Source: Eledone cirrhosa
Taxonomy: Eukaryota
Assembly (NCBI GenBank): GCA_964016885.1
Contig: OZ024740.1
Coordinates: forward strand, 17,980,001 to 18,044,000
Reading direction: 5' to 3'
DNA length: 64,000 nt
Shown here: positions 36,322 to 48,805 of the stretch, piece after piece
Layout: each line of letters starts with the position of its first letter
Numbering within the stretch: position 1 is the stretch's first letter
Notes under the pieces: generated by a model
Databases searched by the model: none
The model's input: only the letters and a program-made list of their open reading frames with translations
What the model was told of the DNA's origin: nothing
Program-made: the position numbers and the translations under genes

Positions 36322-39300
36322 CTGTTTAAATGCGCGTGGCCTGGGCTCAACTTGGAAGCAAGCAATGCTTCTAAATGACCTCAGGTCACAACGTATAGAT
36401 GTGATGGTTATTTGCGAGGCCCGGATCAGCAACGTGCGACAGCTGGCCCCCACCTTTGATGACTTTGAGATTCACGCATCTCTCTGTCAGCCCGGAGGTG
36501 GGTGTGGAGTCGTCGTTCTGCTGCAAAAACATCTGGGTCTCGCAACACAGATGGTACATTTGGACCCCGAGGGTCGACTAGTGGTTCTGGACCTTGGCAG
36601 TGGTAAAGGCGGAGCGTTTAGGTTGGTAGCCGCCTACGGCCCTTTCGGGTCAATGCGGCCAGACTTCTTCCATCGTCTGGAGACTTTTCTAGGGACGTCC
36701 CACTCCTTGCTATTAGCGGGGGACTGGAATGGTATCCTAGATGCACGCTGGGACTACGTAGGGGCCTGTCCCGATAGAGAGGGGTGTAATGGCCTCAAAG
36801 GGTTAATCGGTCGATTTGACCTGGCCGATAGATATCGACTAGATTTTCCGACTGCGCCAACCTGGACTTGGGCAAATCGTAGCGGATCATCTAGGTCGTA
36901 CCTAGATAGGTGCTTAGTTAGAAATAAGGATAAGGACTTTTTAAGGTGTCCAAAAATGCGCATGGTTGGCTATTCAGACCACAAGTTAGTGACCTGCATG
37001 ATCAACCTTGACAGAACTCATAGACAGGGACCCGGTTACTGGAAGCTCAACTTGTCCTTACCGGCAAGTAAGGCTTACAGGGACCGGATTAGCACTTTAG
37101 TTAAGGAGCGGATGACGGGCGCCATCGTCAACAGCAGGTGGTGGGGATCTCTCAAAAGAGAGATTAGAGTAGTCTCTATAGAATTTAGTAAGGAGTTAGC
37201 CTCCAATAGAAATAGGAAGGAAAGGGAGTTGGTAGATAGTGTAGAAGAGGCAATTAGAAGCGGCGACGTGGCCAGAGTGCTAGCGTCGAGAACGGCTCTG
37301 GGCCAGTTCTTCGACGCGAAACACGAAGGCTGCATCGTCCGAAGCAAAATACGTGCTCTGGGAAACGAGGGGACCAAAGCTGTTAGCTGGGCCCGCGTGA
37401 CAGAAGCCAAAAGAGGGAGCAGATCCACTATCCGGTCTTTGCGAGACCAGGATGGACGGGTGATCCTTGAACCTAAGCAGATGTGCGAGGCTTTTCAAAA
37501 GCACTTTGCCGGATTGTTCGGAAGGGGCGGGGGGCCGGTTGGGGACGTGGACTTCGGTCCATACCTCGACGGCCTCCCGCGTCCTTCGGACAGGGAGGCG
37601 AAGTCCTGCGAGGAGCCGATTTCAGCCGCTGAGATAGAGGACGTGCTGAGCCTATGCGGCAAACGCAAATCCCCGGGTCTCGATGGTCTTCCATACGAAC
37701 TATATCTAGCTATGCCGGACTTGTTCCCCGATCTCCTCGAGGCGGTCTACTGCAACTGGCAACAGAACGGGAGAATTCCCTGTGCTGTGACCAAGGGCGT
37801 AGTCACGCTAGTGAGGAAGGACGAGAACAAGGGGGACGATATAAATAATTTCAGGCCCATAACTCTGCTAAATACAGAGTTACAGATTTTGGCCAAGGTG
37901 CTAGCAAAGAGGTTGGCGCTTGTCGTGGGCAACCTGGTGGGAGATGCGTAGACATGTGCTATCCCGTCCAGGTCCATCCACGATAACCTCCACCTCATGC
38001 GATACATCATAGAGAGGGTTGGGAACGAACACGGCTTTGGTGGGGCCCTGATCAACTTGGATCAATCTAAGGCATTCGATAGGGTCGACCATGGTTACCT
38101 GGATGCGGTGCTAGCGGCGGCAGGCTTCGGACCCGTTTTCAGGGGGTGGATCAATGCCATGCACAGCAGCCACATCTGCTCTAGGGTCAAGGTGAACGGC
38201 TACCTCTCGGAGCCGTTCGAAATCGCGCGGTCCATCCGACAGGGGTGCCCTCTCTCCTCCCTTCTGTATGTAATGACTCTAGAGCCACTGCTGCGGAAGT
38301 TGGAGTTGTTACAGGGCATCCCGTTGGAACCGGGATTGCGGAAAGCAGTGTCAGCCTACGCCGATGACGTAACAGTAATGGTGTCGACGGCCTCGGAAAT
38401 CGGGGCGATCGGCACCTTACTGGAGGAGTACGAAAGGTTTACAGGGGCTAAGCTGAACCGGGACAAGTCGATCGGTCTGCAACTCGGCACGTGGAGGGGC
38501 AGATCGATGCCCTCCGATGTCGTCGTCGGGCGCTGGACGGAGGGCCCGGTGAAGTTGCTCGGGGTCTGGTTCGGACCAGACCTCCAGGTGGAGAAGAACT
38601 GGGGTGAGGTGACGAACAGGGTGTTTGCACTGACCCAGAAGTGGGCCGAGTGCAAACTGTCCCTGAAAGGTCGGGCGGAGGTGGCGAACACTTATATAGC
38701 GTCCGTCATCTACTATCGCCTGACCGTTGTGCCTTGCCCAAGGGAAACGCTCGCCAAAATGGAGCGCGCACTCTTCCAATTCCTTTGGAAGAAGCGGGCT
38801 CCTATGGTGAGGAGATCCATCTGCTGTCAACACCCTTCGAAAGGAGGGCTGGGGATGCCGTGGCTGATGATACGTAAACACGCATTAAGGCTACGGCACC
38901 TTCAGGTATTCCTCACCGGTCAACCGGTGTGGGCCCCGTTTGTGAGGCGAGCCTTTCCCAGACTCGTCTCACTCACCGAGCTGCAATCCTGGGTCAAGCA
39001 AAGACCGAGAAAACTGGGCGCCTGGCACACCGAGTGTGCCCAGGCGCTCACGGCTCTCTGGCAGGCGGACCCGGCTGTCAGTGGAGAATCCACCTCGTCA
39101 TTCTATAGAGGGCTGGTGGTTAGCAGGTGCGACGACGCCCTCGGAGAAGCCCTAGTCATGGAGGAAGACGAACTGGCCAACCTGTTCGGTAGGACATTCA
39201 GCCCGGGACCCATGGATAACTTCCAGAGGTCCCTGGCCTGGCAATGCTACAGAAGGGCTCTGCCCGTTCGAGAAAGGCTCTACAGACACGGGCGCCCGGG

Positions 39301-40001
39301 TAGGGACCCATCGAAAAAGATCTGTCCCAGATGCGTGTGCGACGAGGAAACCGTTGCACACGCATTGGTACACTGCTCGGGCATTGCCGATCTGTGGGGC
39401 TATGTCGAACAACTGCTGTCAAGGGTGGGACCGATCCGGTTGACCACCGAGTCTATTGTAACGATCAAGCCGCCTCCCCTCTTCAAAAACGAAGGAGAGG
39501 CGGTGTTTCTGTGTGTAATAGCCATGGCGAAAGAGGTTGTATGGTGGACGCGTCTGAAAGGACTGAGGTCAGACACCTTTCTCTCTGGCCAACAACTGGT
39601 CCGTTTCTTCCGATATCATTTCGGAAGAAGGATCAGGATGGAGAGAGAGGTGCTGCACCCCAGCCGTTTCTATGAAAGATGGGTGAAAGTGGCGAGAATG
39701 GCCCGTGTGAATGGGCCTTCACTCTACATCAGACTATAGGTGAGGAAGATGAAAGACCAAGGGAGCACCCCTTCTCTGTGCTCCTGAGGAGAAGGGTTGC
39801 ACACTTTTTTCGGGGGTGTGTGCAACCCCCCAAGGCGCCTCCTCTCTATTGAGGACTTTGTTATAAATTTTATTTTTTGTTATATTTTATTTTATTTTTA
39901 TATATTGTTATTGCCTCCTCCTTATTGAGGACGCCTTGTTTTGTAAACTCCCCCCATTGTACTTGTCCCACCTTTGATGCCCTGGTGGCAAATAAAAGAA
40001 A
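36322..40001 (+). mobile_element. L1/Tx1-clade LINE, nearly complete ORF2 (APE + RT) with one nonsense codon at 37949, subfamily A
   Basis: CLNARGL, GDWN, SYLDR, SDH, GPGYWKLN; RT 37997-39739. Confidence 0.95.
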
Positions 40002-40116
40002 CATATCTATCTCTATATCTATCTATATATATATCTATATATATATCTATCTATCTCTCTGTGTAGGCGTAGGACAGAACAAAGGAGAGGCACAGAAACA
40101 AAGAAAGGAATCCCCA

Positions 40117-40159
40117 GTCACTGAAGAGGTCACAGAGTGTGTGACGAAAGAACTATGAC
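40117..40159 (+). ncRNA. Minimal hammerhead ribozyme
   Basis: GUCA-CUGAAGA-g GUCACA gagug UGUGAC-GAAAG aa CUA-UGAC. Confidence 0.7.
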
Positions 40160-40209
40160 AATATATAAACAACTATCTGGTTGTGGAACCAACCAACCAA
40201 CCAGAAATT

Positions 40210-40348
40210 TATATAGATATATATATATATCTATCTATATATTTATATATATATAGATATATATATAGATATATATAGATATAGATATATATATAGATAT
40301 ATATATAGATATAGATATATATATATATATAGATATATATATAGATAT

Positions 40349-40385
<37 letters not shown>

Positions 40386-40863
40386 TATATATCTATATAT
40401 CTATATAGATATATATAGATATATATATAGATATATATAGATATAGATATATATAGAGATATATATATATATATATATATAGATATATATATAGATATAT
40501 ATAGATATAGATATATATAGATATATATATATATATATAGATATATAGATATATCTAGATATATATATATCTAGATATATATATATATAGATATATATAT
40601 AGATATATCTAGATATATATATATCTAGATATATATATAGATATATATATAGATATATATATAGATATAGATATATATATAGATATATATAGATATAGAT
40701 ATATATATATATAGAGACATATATATAGATATATATAGATATATATAGATATATATATATATAGATATATATATAGATATATATATATATTTTTATATAG
40801 ATATATATATAGACATATATATATATATATATATATATAGATAGATAGATAGATATAGAGAGA
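40210..40863. repeat. (GATA)/(AT)n microsatellite
   Basis: Directly visible. Confidence 0.95.
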
Positions 40864-41271
40864 TAATGTAGGAGGTGATATTATTGCATGATGATATTTG
40901 TTTTTGAAATGCGCATAGTAAAATACATGGAACTCTTTTAACCATCTTTTGTTCTTGGAGAGAGAGAGAGAGAGAGCGTGTGTATGTGTTTATATAGAGA
41001 GAAGAAAGTGTATACACGCACACACACGTATATCAGTATTTATCTTTATATATCTATTTTTATTTATCTCTATTAATACATTTCAATTTACAACTCTCTC
41101 TATCCATCTATCCCTGTCTCTACCGATCTATCTACCTCACCTATGTATTGTCAACTTAAACTGTTCATGCCTGTTAGGTTTGATAGCTACAAGGCCACCT
41201 GAACAGAAGCTCAACGTTTTTGCCTTCTTTTGTAATTAATCTCCCCCCCCCCCCCACCTACCGCCATTCGG

Positions 41272-41420
41272 AGAATTTCCAAACAGTTTACCTCAACTGA
41301 ACTCCTATCACATGTATTGGTCGGCCAGGAGCTAAAATGCACTAAACCTGGGTGCCATGCAACGCGATTGAACTAACAAGTGTGTGGTTGCAAGACAAAC
41401 TTCGTAACCACAGCCATGCT
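41272..41420 (-). mobile_element. Decayed tRNA-derived SINE
   Basis: Minus strand gcatggctgtggttacgaag...caaccac...gttcaatc...ggccgaccaa, resembling an octopus SINE recalled from memory. Confidence 0.5.
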
Positions 41421-41468
41421 TACACCCACAGCTCTCTCTTTCCATTTGATATATATTTATATATCATT

Positions 41469-41637
41469 CCACTGCAAAGTGGTCGTGAAGGCGCCACGGC
41501 AAAAAAGCACCCAGCACTCACTGTAAATGAGGTTGGTGTTAGGAAGGGCATCCAGCTGTAGAAATCAAGCCTGAATCAGTTCCGTCCCACCCTTGCAAGC
41601 AGGGGAAAAGCGGACGTAAAATGATGATGATGATGAT
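41469..41637 (+). mobile_element. Short bipartite RTE-derived element (5'UTR-like module plus RTE 3' tail)
   Basis: aaaagcacccagc...ttaggaagggcatccagc joined to a tail almost identical to 12048-12103. Confidence 0.8.
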
Positions 41638-41716
41638 AGAAAAGCCTCTATAGGACTAGAACTGTTTCATTCGGGAGAAATCATCAGGAAGCCCCTGATT
41701 GAACCCGGGACAAATT
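41638..41716 (-). ncRNA. Hammerhead island of the 26446/43275 family with stem III mutated
   Basis: Minus strand UUC-CUGAUGA-UUUC uccc GAAU-GAAACAG uucuaguc CUAUA-GAG. Confidence 0.65.
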
Positions 41717-41717
41717 T

Positions 41718-41752
<35 letters not shown>

Positions 41753-41832
41753 TAGGTAATTCCGAAGGAAAAAAAAAGAGTGCTCTATGTATAGAACAGA
41801 GCTATTTAATTAGAAAGTGAACAAAACAAAAT

Positions 41833-41914
41833 ATAACTACTCCATTACCAAAGGTTTCTGGATCCCAGACAATAATAATATACGTCTGGATCGTTCGTCA
41901 GACAGAGATGTTAT
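41833..41914 (-). ncRNA. Hammerhead ribozyme with bulged stem I
   Basis: AUAAC..CUCUGU-CUGACGA-..GAUCCAGAC...GUCUGGGAUC..-GAAACC uuu GGUA-AUGGAG..GUUAU. Confidence 0.65.
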
Positions 41915-42047
41915 GGATAAAAAATATATACATATATACACACACATACATATATATATAGAGAGAGAGAGAGATATACAAAAGCGTGGAGAACTTAATA
42001 TTGCTAACAAAAGTTTATTGGACCGTATGACAACCAATAATACACCT

Positions 42048-42073
<26 letters not shown>

Positions 42074-42081
<8 letters not shown>

Positions 42082-42453
42082 AAAGGATAACAAGGACGAT
42101 TGGTTACTCTTTCATTACATTTATTGGTAGGTGACGCGCGTTTCGCCACTGATCAGCTCAAGGTTCGATCTGGATCGATCTTATCCGACTCAATAATCGG
42201 CAGCTCGACGGACCCTTTAATCGAGCTGCCGATTATTGAGTTGGATAAGATCGATACAGATAGAACCTTGAGCTGATCAGTGGCGAAACGCGCGTCACCT
42301 ACCAATAAATGTAATGAAGGAGTAACCAATCGTCCTTGTTATCCTTTCAATATATTACACTCTGTATAGCTCTACACCTCGACACTGAAGTGAACCTAAA
42401 CATCGAGTGCTCACCCGGGTGAACCTACAGTAACTCCAAGTTACACTCCCTAG
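42074..42453. mobile_element. Palindromic pLTR-like island (arms about 134 bp) with the 3' half of a hammerhead
   Basis: Arms 42074-42208 and 42221-42354; CGAAAC GCGC GUC followed by AAUAAA. Confidence 0.7.
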
Positions 42454-42747
42454 ATATAGATATATATACATATATATATTTTATAAAGAGCTGGGACCCC
42501 GACTCTTTATAATATAACCATACTCTACTACCCCAAGTATTGAGTACTCTGTTGAGTAATGGTCTAATCAGTTTCAAACTGAATCTATCAAGAAATATAG
42601 TTTCTGGGATATTTACAGTTCAATACCTACTTTTTTTAACCACCCTCTGTGTGTGTGAAGGAGAGTAGAGATAGAAATGTAAGATTTAGATGCCAATATA
42701 TAAGTAAGCAGGAACGAAGTCAAGTTGGCACCAGAATTGAACTTTAT

Positions 42748-42837
42748 TGCATATGACAATTGTTTCGATATCGATCAGACCAGGGTTCGGTCGTAATGTT
42801 CGGAGACCGACTCTGCACTGACATCTCATCAGGCGCA
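42748..42837 (-). ncRNA. Hammerhead motif with canonical core and extended stem II
   Basis: CUGAUGA-GAUGUC...GAUAUC-GAAAC AAUU GUC, then AAUAAA; stem I imperfect. Confidence 0.65.
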
Positions 42838-42848
42838 GAACACACATG

Positions 42849-42879
<31 letters not shown>

Positions 42880-42956
42880 TGAGCACTTTGCCAGACTTTT
42901 CGAAGATTGTGTTTCGTTATTTCGTGGGCCGAGATTCCGATTCTCGATAATTTATT

Positions 42957-43002
<46 letters not shown>

Positions 43003-43210
43003 CAGACAGAAAGGGCTTTATATCAAAATGGTTGGTACCATGTATGAATGTATTGGATGGGTCGGCATGTAAAATGAAACGTGAGATGTGGTGCTCCACC
43101 CCGACCTGTCTAGGAGGACACTAACACCGAATTGGTATTGACTTGGACCATAACAACCAACTATACTTTTACCAGCATGGTAATACATCTATATATATAT
43201 ATATATATAT

Positions 43211-43404
43211 ATATTTAATATAGAAAGGTTTCTACAGGACTAGAACTGTTTCATTCCGGAGAAATCATCAGGTCTTCCTGATGATTTCTCCGGAATGAAA
43301 CAGTTCTAGTCCTGTAGAAACCTTTCTATATTAAATATTTATACTCTGCTTTGTATTGAGTTCCCTACTTACTGTGGTTACCCCCGATTGAACCCGTGAT
43401 AAAC
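43211..43404. mobile_element. Palindromic pLTR-like island with two back-to-back hammerhead cores
   Basis: Perfect arms 43211-43272 and 43277-43338; tail homologous to the reverse complement of 26321-26395. Confidence 0.85.
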
Positions 43405-43413
43405 TTATATATG

Positions 43414-43445
<32 letters not shown>

Positions 43446-43754
43446 AACATACTATACACAGATACTCTTCCCGCGGACTGAGTGCTCCTAAACCCTTGAA
43501 TATCTTATACCAAGTTTTTACTACAATATATATACGTGTATGTGTGTGTAAAAAGTAAAAGTGAAAAAAGCAGAGGGGTATATTTATTTATATATTCAAA
43601 GATTATTTTGTCTTTAATCCGACAGAATAAATATTTTCATAATTGTTACATTAAATGGATTTGTCAAATATTGACGGTTTCGATATTGCTATGTCAATCT
43701 CATCAAATATTTTTAAAAGTTTGTTCTCATATTCTGTGGGCAATAAGAACACGT

Positions 43755-43809
<55 letters not shown>

Positions 43810-43867
43810 ATATATATATATAAAATGATATTAAATAAATGGAAACTATATTTATAAAACCATATTT

Positions 43868-43928
43868 ATTCTATTATATATATTTCAAGGGTACCAGAAA
43901 ACTTTGGTACGCTTTCATCAGATAAAAT
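43868..43928 (-). ncRNA. Hammerhead ribozyme, AT-rich family copy 1
   Basis: AUUUUAU-CUGAUGA-AAG c GUACCA..UGGUAC c CUU-GAAAUAUAUAUA-AUAGAAU. Confidence 0.8.
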
Positions 43929-44152
43929 ACAAAGAGTGATTTATAAATTTTGACATAGCAAAGGAAAATCATACCTTATCAGTTGAATGAATATTCCTTG
44001 GGTAGTATATATATATATATATATGTAAAAGTTCTATTTAAATTGTTGGGATACAAGCAAATATTTTTATAACTGATATAAAGCACTCAACAAATATTTG
44101 GAGTAAAAATACGATATTAACAAATGGAAACTATATTTATAAAACCATATTT

Positions 44153-44215
44153 ATTTCATTATACATATTTCAAGGACACCAAGTTACATTATGGTGTGCT
44201 TTCATCAGATAAAAT
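44153..44215 (-). ncRNA. Hammerhead ribozyme, AT-rich family copy 2
   Basis: AUUUUAU-CUGAUGA-AAG c ACACCA..UGGUGU c CUU-GAAAUAUGUAUA-AUGAAAU; a truncated third copy lies at about 44492-44565. Confidence 0.8.
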
Positions 44216-44288
44216 ATAATATAGATCAGTTTTATAAATAAATATTGACATACCCTTAAAGAATGCAACCATTGCTGTTGGAATCTCC

Positions 44289-44339
<51 letters not shown>

Positions 44340-46306
44340 GCTCACATACATGCTCTCTCATAAAACTCACAGTTTATATATTTGCTGTATGTGCCCTAAA
44401 GCGTTGTTTTTATCTATGCTATATATCATTGTACCCTTCTATCAGAGTTTATTTCTCGTTTCTTTCCCCTTCCTCGTATGATATATATATATAGTGGAAT
44501 ATTATTATTTTTGAAAACCATATTTATTTCATTATACATATTTCAAGGACACCAAGTTACATTATCTCTATAGACACTAAAATCCTCAGCTCTAAGGAGT
44601 TTAAAACAGATGAATGTCTTCGAAAGTTGTTGTTGAGGACAGTTCAGGTAGCAGAACAGCATTAATATTTAAAATAACCTTGATCTTTTGTCATATAAAT
44701 TATATATATATAATATATATAAACTTATGTAGATATATATATATATATATATATATATATCTATACATGAATATATACATACATGTACATATACATACAC
44801 TCACATTTTCAGAGCCACACAAGTTTCTGTTTCTACTATCATATGTTGTTTCTCTTTCCCCATAAATGAGATAAAACCTGTCTCCCTCTCTCATACAGTC
44901 TCTCTATCTCACACACAGTCTCTCTATCTCACACACAGTCTCTCTATCTCTCAGACAGTCTCCCTCCCTCTCTCTCAGTCTCCCTCTCCCACACAGTCTC
45001 CCTCTCACGCACATATACAACATACATACACACATATTATCTAATCCATCAGTCTTATTTAAAAGCAGATGTCATGTTTAGATGAGGGAGGACCGGGGTA
45101 GGAGAGGTATTTTCAGACATCACGACAATAACGACAACGACAATAACAACGGCAACAACATCTACAACTATATCAACAACAAAAGTAACAAGATGGATAA
45201 AGAGAATGAAGTACGTTGAAAGTGGTTCTACTTACGATGTTTCAAGTGTATTTGTCCACTTCAACATTACTATGGCGGCATCAAACTCCACACGCTCTCT
45301 CTCTCTATCAAGTCATTAAGTGTTCCTCAGAGTTGTTGCTGTTGTTATTATTGTAATGGTGTATTTTATGTATGAAAAAAAAAGGTAAAAAAGTCAGCCA
45401 AAGACCACCAGCAACAACAACAGGTCACCGTCCTTATTCTTGTAGCTTCTAATGTCCTTACTATTCGGCTCTCTCTGTCTCTCCCACAACGCTGCTTTCT
45501 TCGCATAAACTACACTACTACGGTTCATAATGGTTCTACTCCGAATGGATGTGGTCATTCACTAGTAGTAATAGTAGTAGTAATAGTAGTAGAGGCGGTA
45601 TTCTTTGATGACAATTATGGTGATGTGTATGGTGGGTAGAGGGAGAGAAAAGCTAGAAGGGGAAAGTTGTTCGGTATGTGAAGCGGATCGTAGTAGTAGT
45701 AATAGTAGTGGTGGTGGGGGTAGTGGCTATAGTTGTAGTATGAGAGGAAAATGGAGGAGGGGTAAATGTGTGTGGTGGTGTAGATGGGGAAACAGAAAGT
45801 TATGTGATGGTAGTGTTAATGGTTGTGGTGGTGTTAGGGGTGGTGGTAGTGTTAGGGGTAGTGGTGGTGGTGGTAGTGTTAGGGGTAGTGGTGGTGGTAG
45901 TGTTAGAGGGGGTGGTGTTAGTGTTAATGGTGGTGGTGGTAGTGTTAGAGGGGGTGGTGGAAGCGTTAATGGTGTTGGTGGTGTTAGTGGTGATGTTAAT
46001 GGTAGGGTGACGGCAAATGAAGGTAGATGGAGTGAAAGAGAGTGTGTGAGGATTAAAGAGTTTATATTGTCAAGTGTGTCCTTCTTTTTTTATAGATTGG
46101 AGAGTGATTTAGCTGCTATTTTTTAGCAGGTTGAGTGACAACATAGCTGTTCACTCATTCGCTCACTAGTAAACGTAATAGTTGTTACTGTCTAGTCCCA
46201 GGTCAGGCGTGATCCAGCAGACACAGGTTCAAGGTAGTTCAGCCGTGATTTTGGTTTCTATTTTTAGCAGATCCAGCGGTCACGTAAAAGCCCCTTCATT
46301 GTCTTA

Positions 46307-46307
46307 A

Positions 46308-46366
<59 letters not shown>

Positions 46367-46622
46367 TTATAGTAGTAGTAGTAATGGTGGTGTTATAGTA
46401 GTAGTAGTAGTGGTGGTATTGGTGGTGTTATAGTAGTAGTGAGGGTGGTGGTGGTGGTGTTGTAGTACTGGCAGTAGTAGTAATAGTAGTAGTAGTAGTA
46501 GTAGTAGTAGTAGCAGTAGCAGTAGTAGTAGTAGTAGTAACAGTAGTAGTAGTAACAGTAGTAGTAGTAGCAGTAGCCGCAGTAGTAGCAGTAGTAGTAG
46601 CAGTAGTAGTAGCAGTAGTAGC

Positions 46623-46654
<32 letters not shown>
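46307..46654. repeat. (AGT)n/(AGC) trinucleotide microsatellite
   Basis: Directly visible. Confidence 0.9.
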
Positions 46655-46993
46655 ATCCAGTCACACAGCAGTCATAATCAAAATAGTTGTCAAGACACTT
46701 GTCAGATTTTCATTTTTTGCGTTTGTTAGTGTGAAGAGGGGGGGGGATCTTGGGTGTGTGTCTGTTTGTGTGTGTGTGTGTTTATGTCCATATGTGTATA
46801 TATATGTGTGTTTGTGTCCGTGTCCGTGTGTGTGTTTCTGTATATGGTGTGGGTGGGGTAGGTGGGAAAAGAAAAGCGTTTGTGTATATTTTCAAGTTAG
46901 TTTCAGTGTGTGTATGTATGTAATGTACACATGAATATGTGCACATATATATGTATATATATATGTATTCATATATATATATACTTTTCATTC

Positions 46994-47047
<54 letters not shown>

Positions 47048-47088
47048 GATATTAAACAAATGGAAACTATATTTATAAAACCATATTT

Positions 47089-47152
47089 ATTTCATTATAC
47101 ATATTTCAGGGATACCATATTAGAAATATGGCATGCCTTCTTCAGATAAAAT
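47089..47152 (-). ncRNA. Hammerhead ribozyme, AT-rich family copy 4
   Basis: AUUUUAU-CUGAAGA-AGG c AUGCCAUAUU ucu AAUAUGGUAU c CCU-GAAAUAUGUAUA-AUGAAAU. Confidence 0.8.
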
Positions 47153-47205
47153 ACAATATATAAAATATTTACTCGTTGTAACCCAACAATTTTAAATAAA
47201 ACTTT

Positions 47206-47294
<89 letters not shown>

Positions 47295-47347
47295 ATGTGT
47301 GTGTGAGTGTGTGTGTGTGTGAGTGTGTGTGTATGAGTGTGAGTGTG

Positions 47348-47381
<34 letters not shown>

Positions 47382-47522
47382 TGTGTATGTGAATTTGTGT
47401 GTGTGAGTGTGTTAGTGTGAGTGTGTGAATTTGTGTGTGTGAGTGTGTTAGTGTGAGTGTGTGTGTGTGTACATACATGTGTGTTTCCCTGCTGTTTCCC
47501 TCATTTTCAAGCCTCCAAAAGA

Positions 47523-47587
<65 letters not shown>

Positions 47588-47591
<4 letters not shown>

Positions 47592-47630
47592 CTGATGAAT
47601 GTCCAACTAGGCTTGAAAATCAATTAAAGG
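47588..47630 (+). ncRNA. Degenerate minimal hammerhead
   Basis: CCUU-CUGAUGA-weak stem II-GAAAAU ca AUUA-AAGG. Confidence 0.5.
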
Positions 47631-48521
47631 ATTTTATTAATTTTTCAAGTTACCAATATTAAGCATATTTACATGTCTGTATAGTAAAAATGGGTGACAT
47701 ATATACACAATCACGCTGTCTCAATTACATCTGTTCCCTCCACCTGTGGGTCCCAGCCGACAGGATGGAGAATGTATTGCCCCAGAGGTGGAGGGAGACA
47801 CACTGAAACAGACACTCCACCTTGCCAGGCAGCCTACTCTGCATCCAGGGACATTGGGTAGTATAGTCAAACCGGAGCCCTCACCTCAATGCTTGCAATA
47901 AAGTAGACCCTACTAAAGGTATCCAAGGACCAGATAGTGATGTGGTACAATGGATTCTACCACCCATGCAGGCCACAGTAGGATTTCAACACAAATTTCA
48001 AAGAGCTGGAAAAAAAACCCCAAGGTATGTTACCCCATACTTTAACAATTCCACCAATCCACAACCCTTTGAATTTTCTACCACATTGATCTGGCTTTTT
48101 GAAAATGTATTGGTCTTTATTACATATTCGGAGGGCTTGAAAATCCCCCCCCCCCCCCGCTTATTAATTTTTTTCAGAATTTTTACAACTTTTATTCCAC
48201 TCTCACCCCCGCTTATTAAATTTTGTTAATCTATCTCTGGTGGAATGTTTTGTAAGTCATTCATATTGATACAGCAGCTGGAGAATAATTTTATTTTACA
48301 TTAAAAACAACATTATATATGACAAAAAAAAGCACATTACAAGAAATCCCATATTTATGAATGTACACTATACAAGTACTGAGCCCCCCCCCCCCCACAC
48401 TCGATTATAATAATTTAAGATAATGTCCAAACCCACCCACCCCTATTATTTGGGACCTGATAGTATCTCACAACACTTCATATTAACTGCACTAGTAAAC
48501 TGCTAAAAGTGTGATAGGTAA

Positions 48522-48805
48522 ATTTGACCTCAGCTGGATTTGACCTCAGCTGGATTTGACCTTAGCTGGATTTGAACTCAGCTGGATTTGACCCCAGCTG
48601 GATTTGATCCCAGCTGGATTTGACTTCAGCTGGATTTGACCTCAGCTGGATTTGACCTCAGCTGGATTTGACCTCAGCTGGATTTGACCCCAGCTGGATT
48701 TGACCCCAGCTGGATTTGACCCCAGCTGGATTTGATCCCAGCTGGATTTGACTTCAGCTGGATTTGACTTCAGCTGGATTTGACTTCAGCTGGATTTAAA
48801 CTCAG
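48522..48805. repeat. 16-bp minisatellite (tttgacctcagctgga), about 17 copies
   Basis: Directly visible. Confidence 0.95.

Noticed and set aside
45605-46664. Gly/Val/Thr-rich ORFs (also 56803-57238)
   Set aside because: Trinucleotide repeats with no domain or splice support
48130-48465. Possible DNA transposon or MITE remnant
   Set aside because: Only subterminal-like repeats are visible; no matching TIR pair or TSD found
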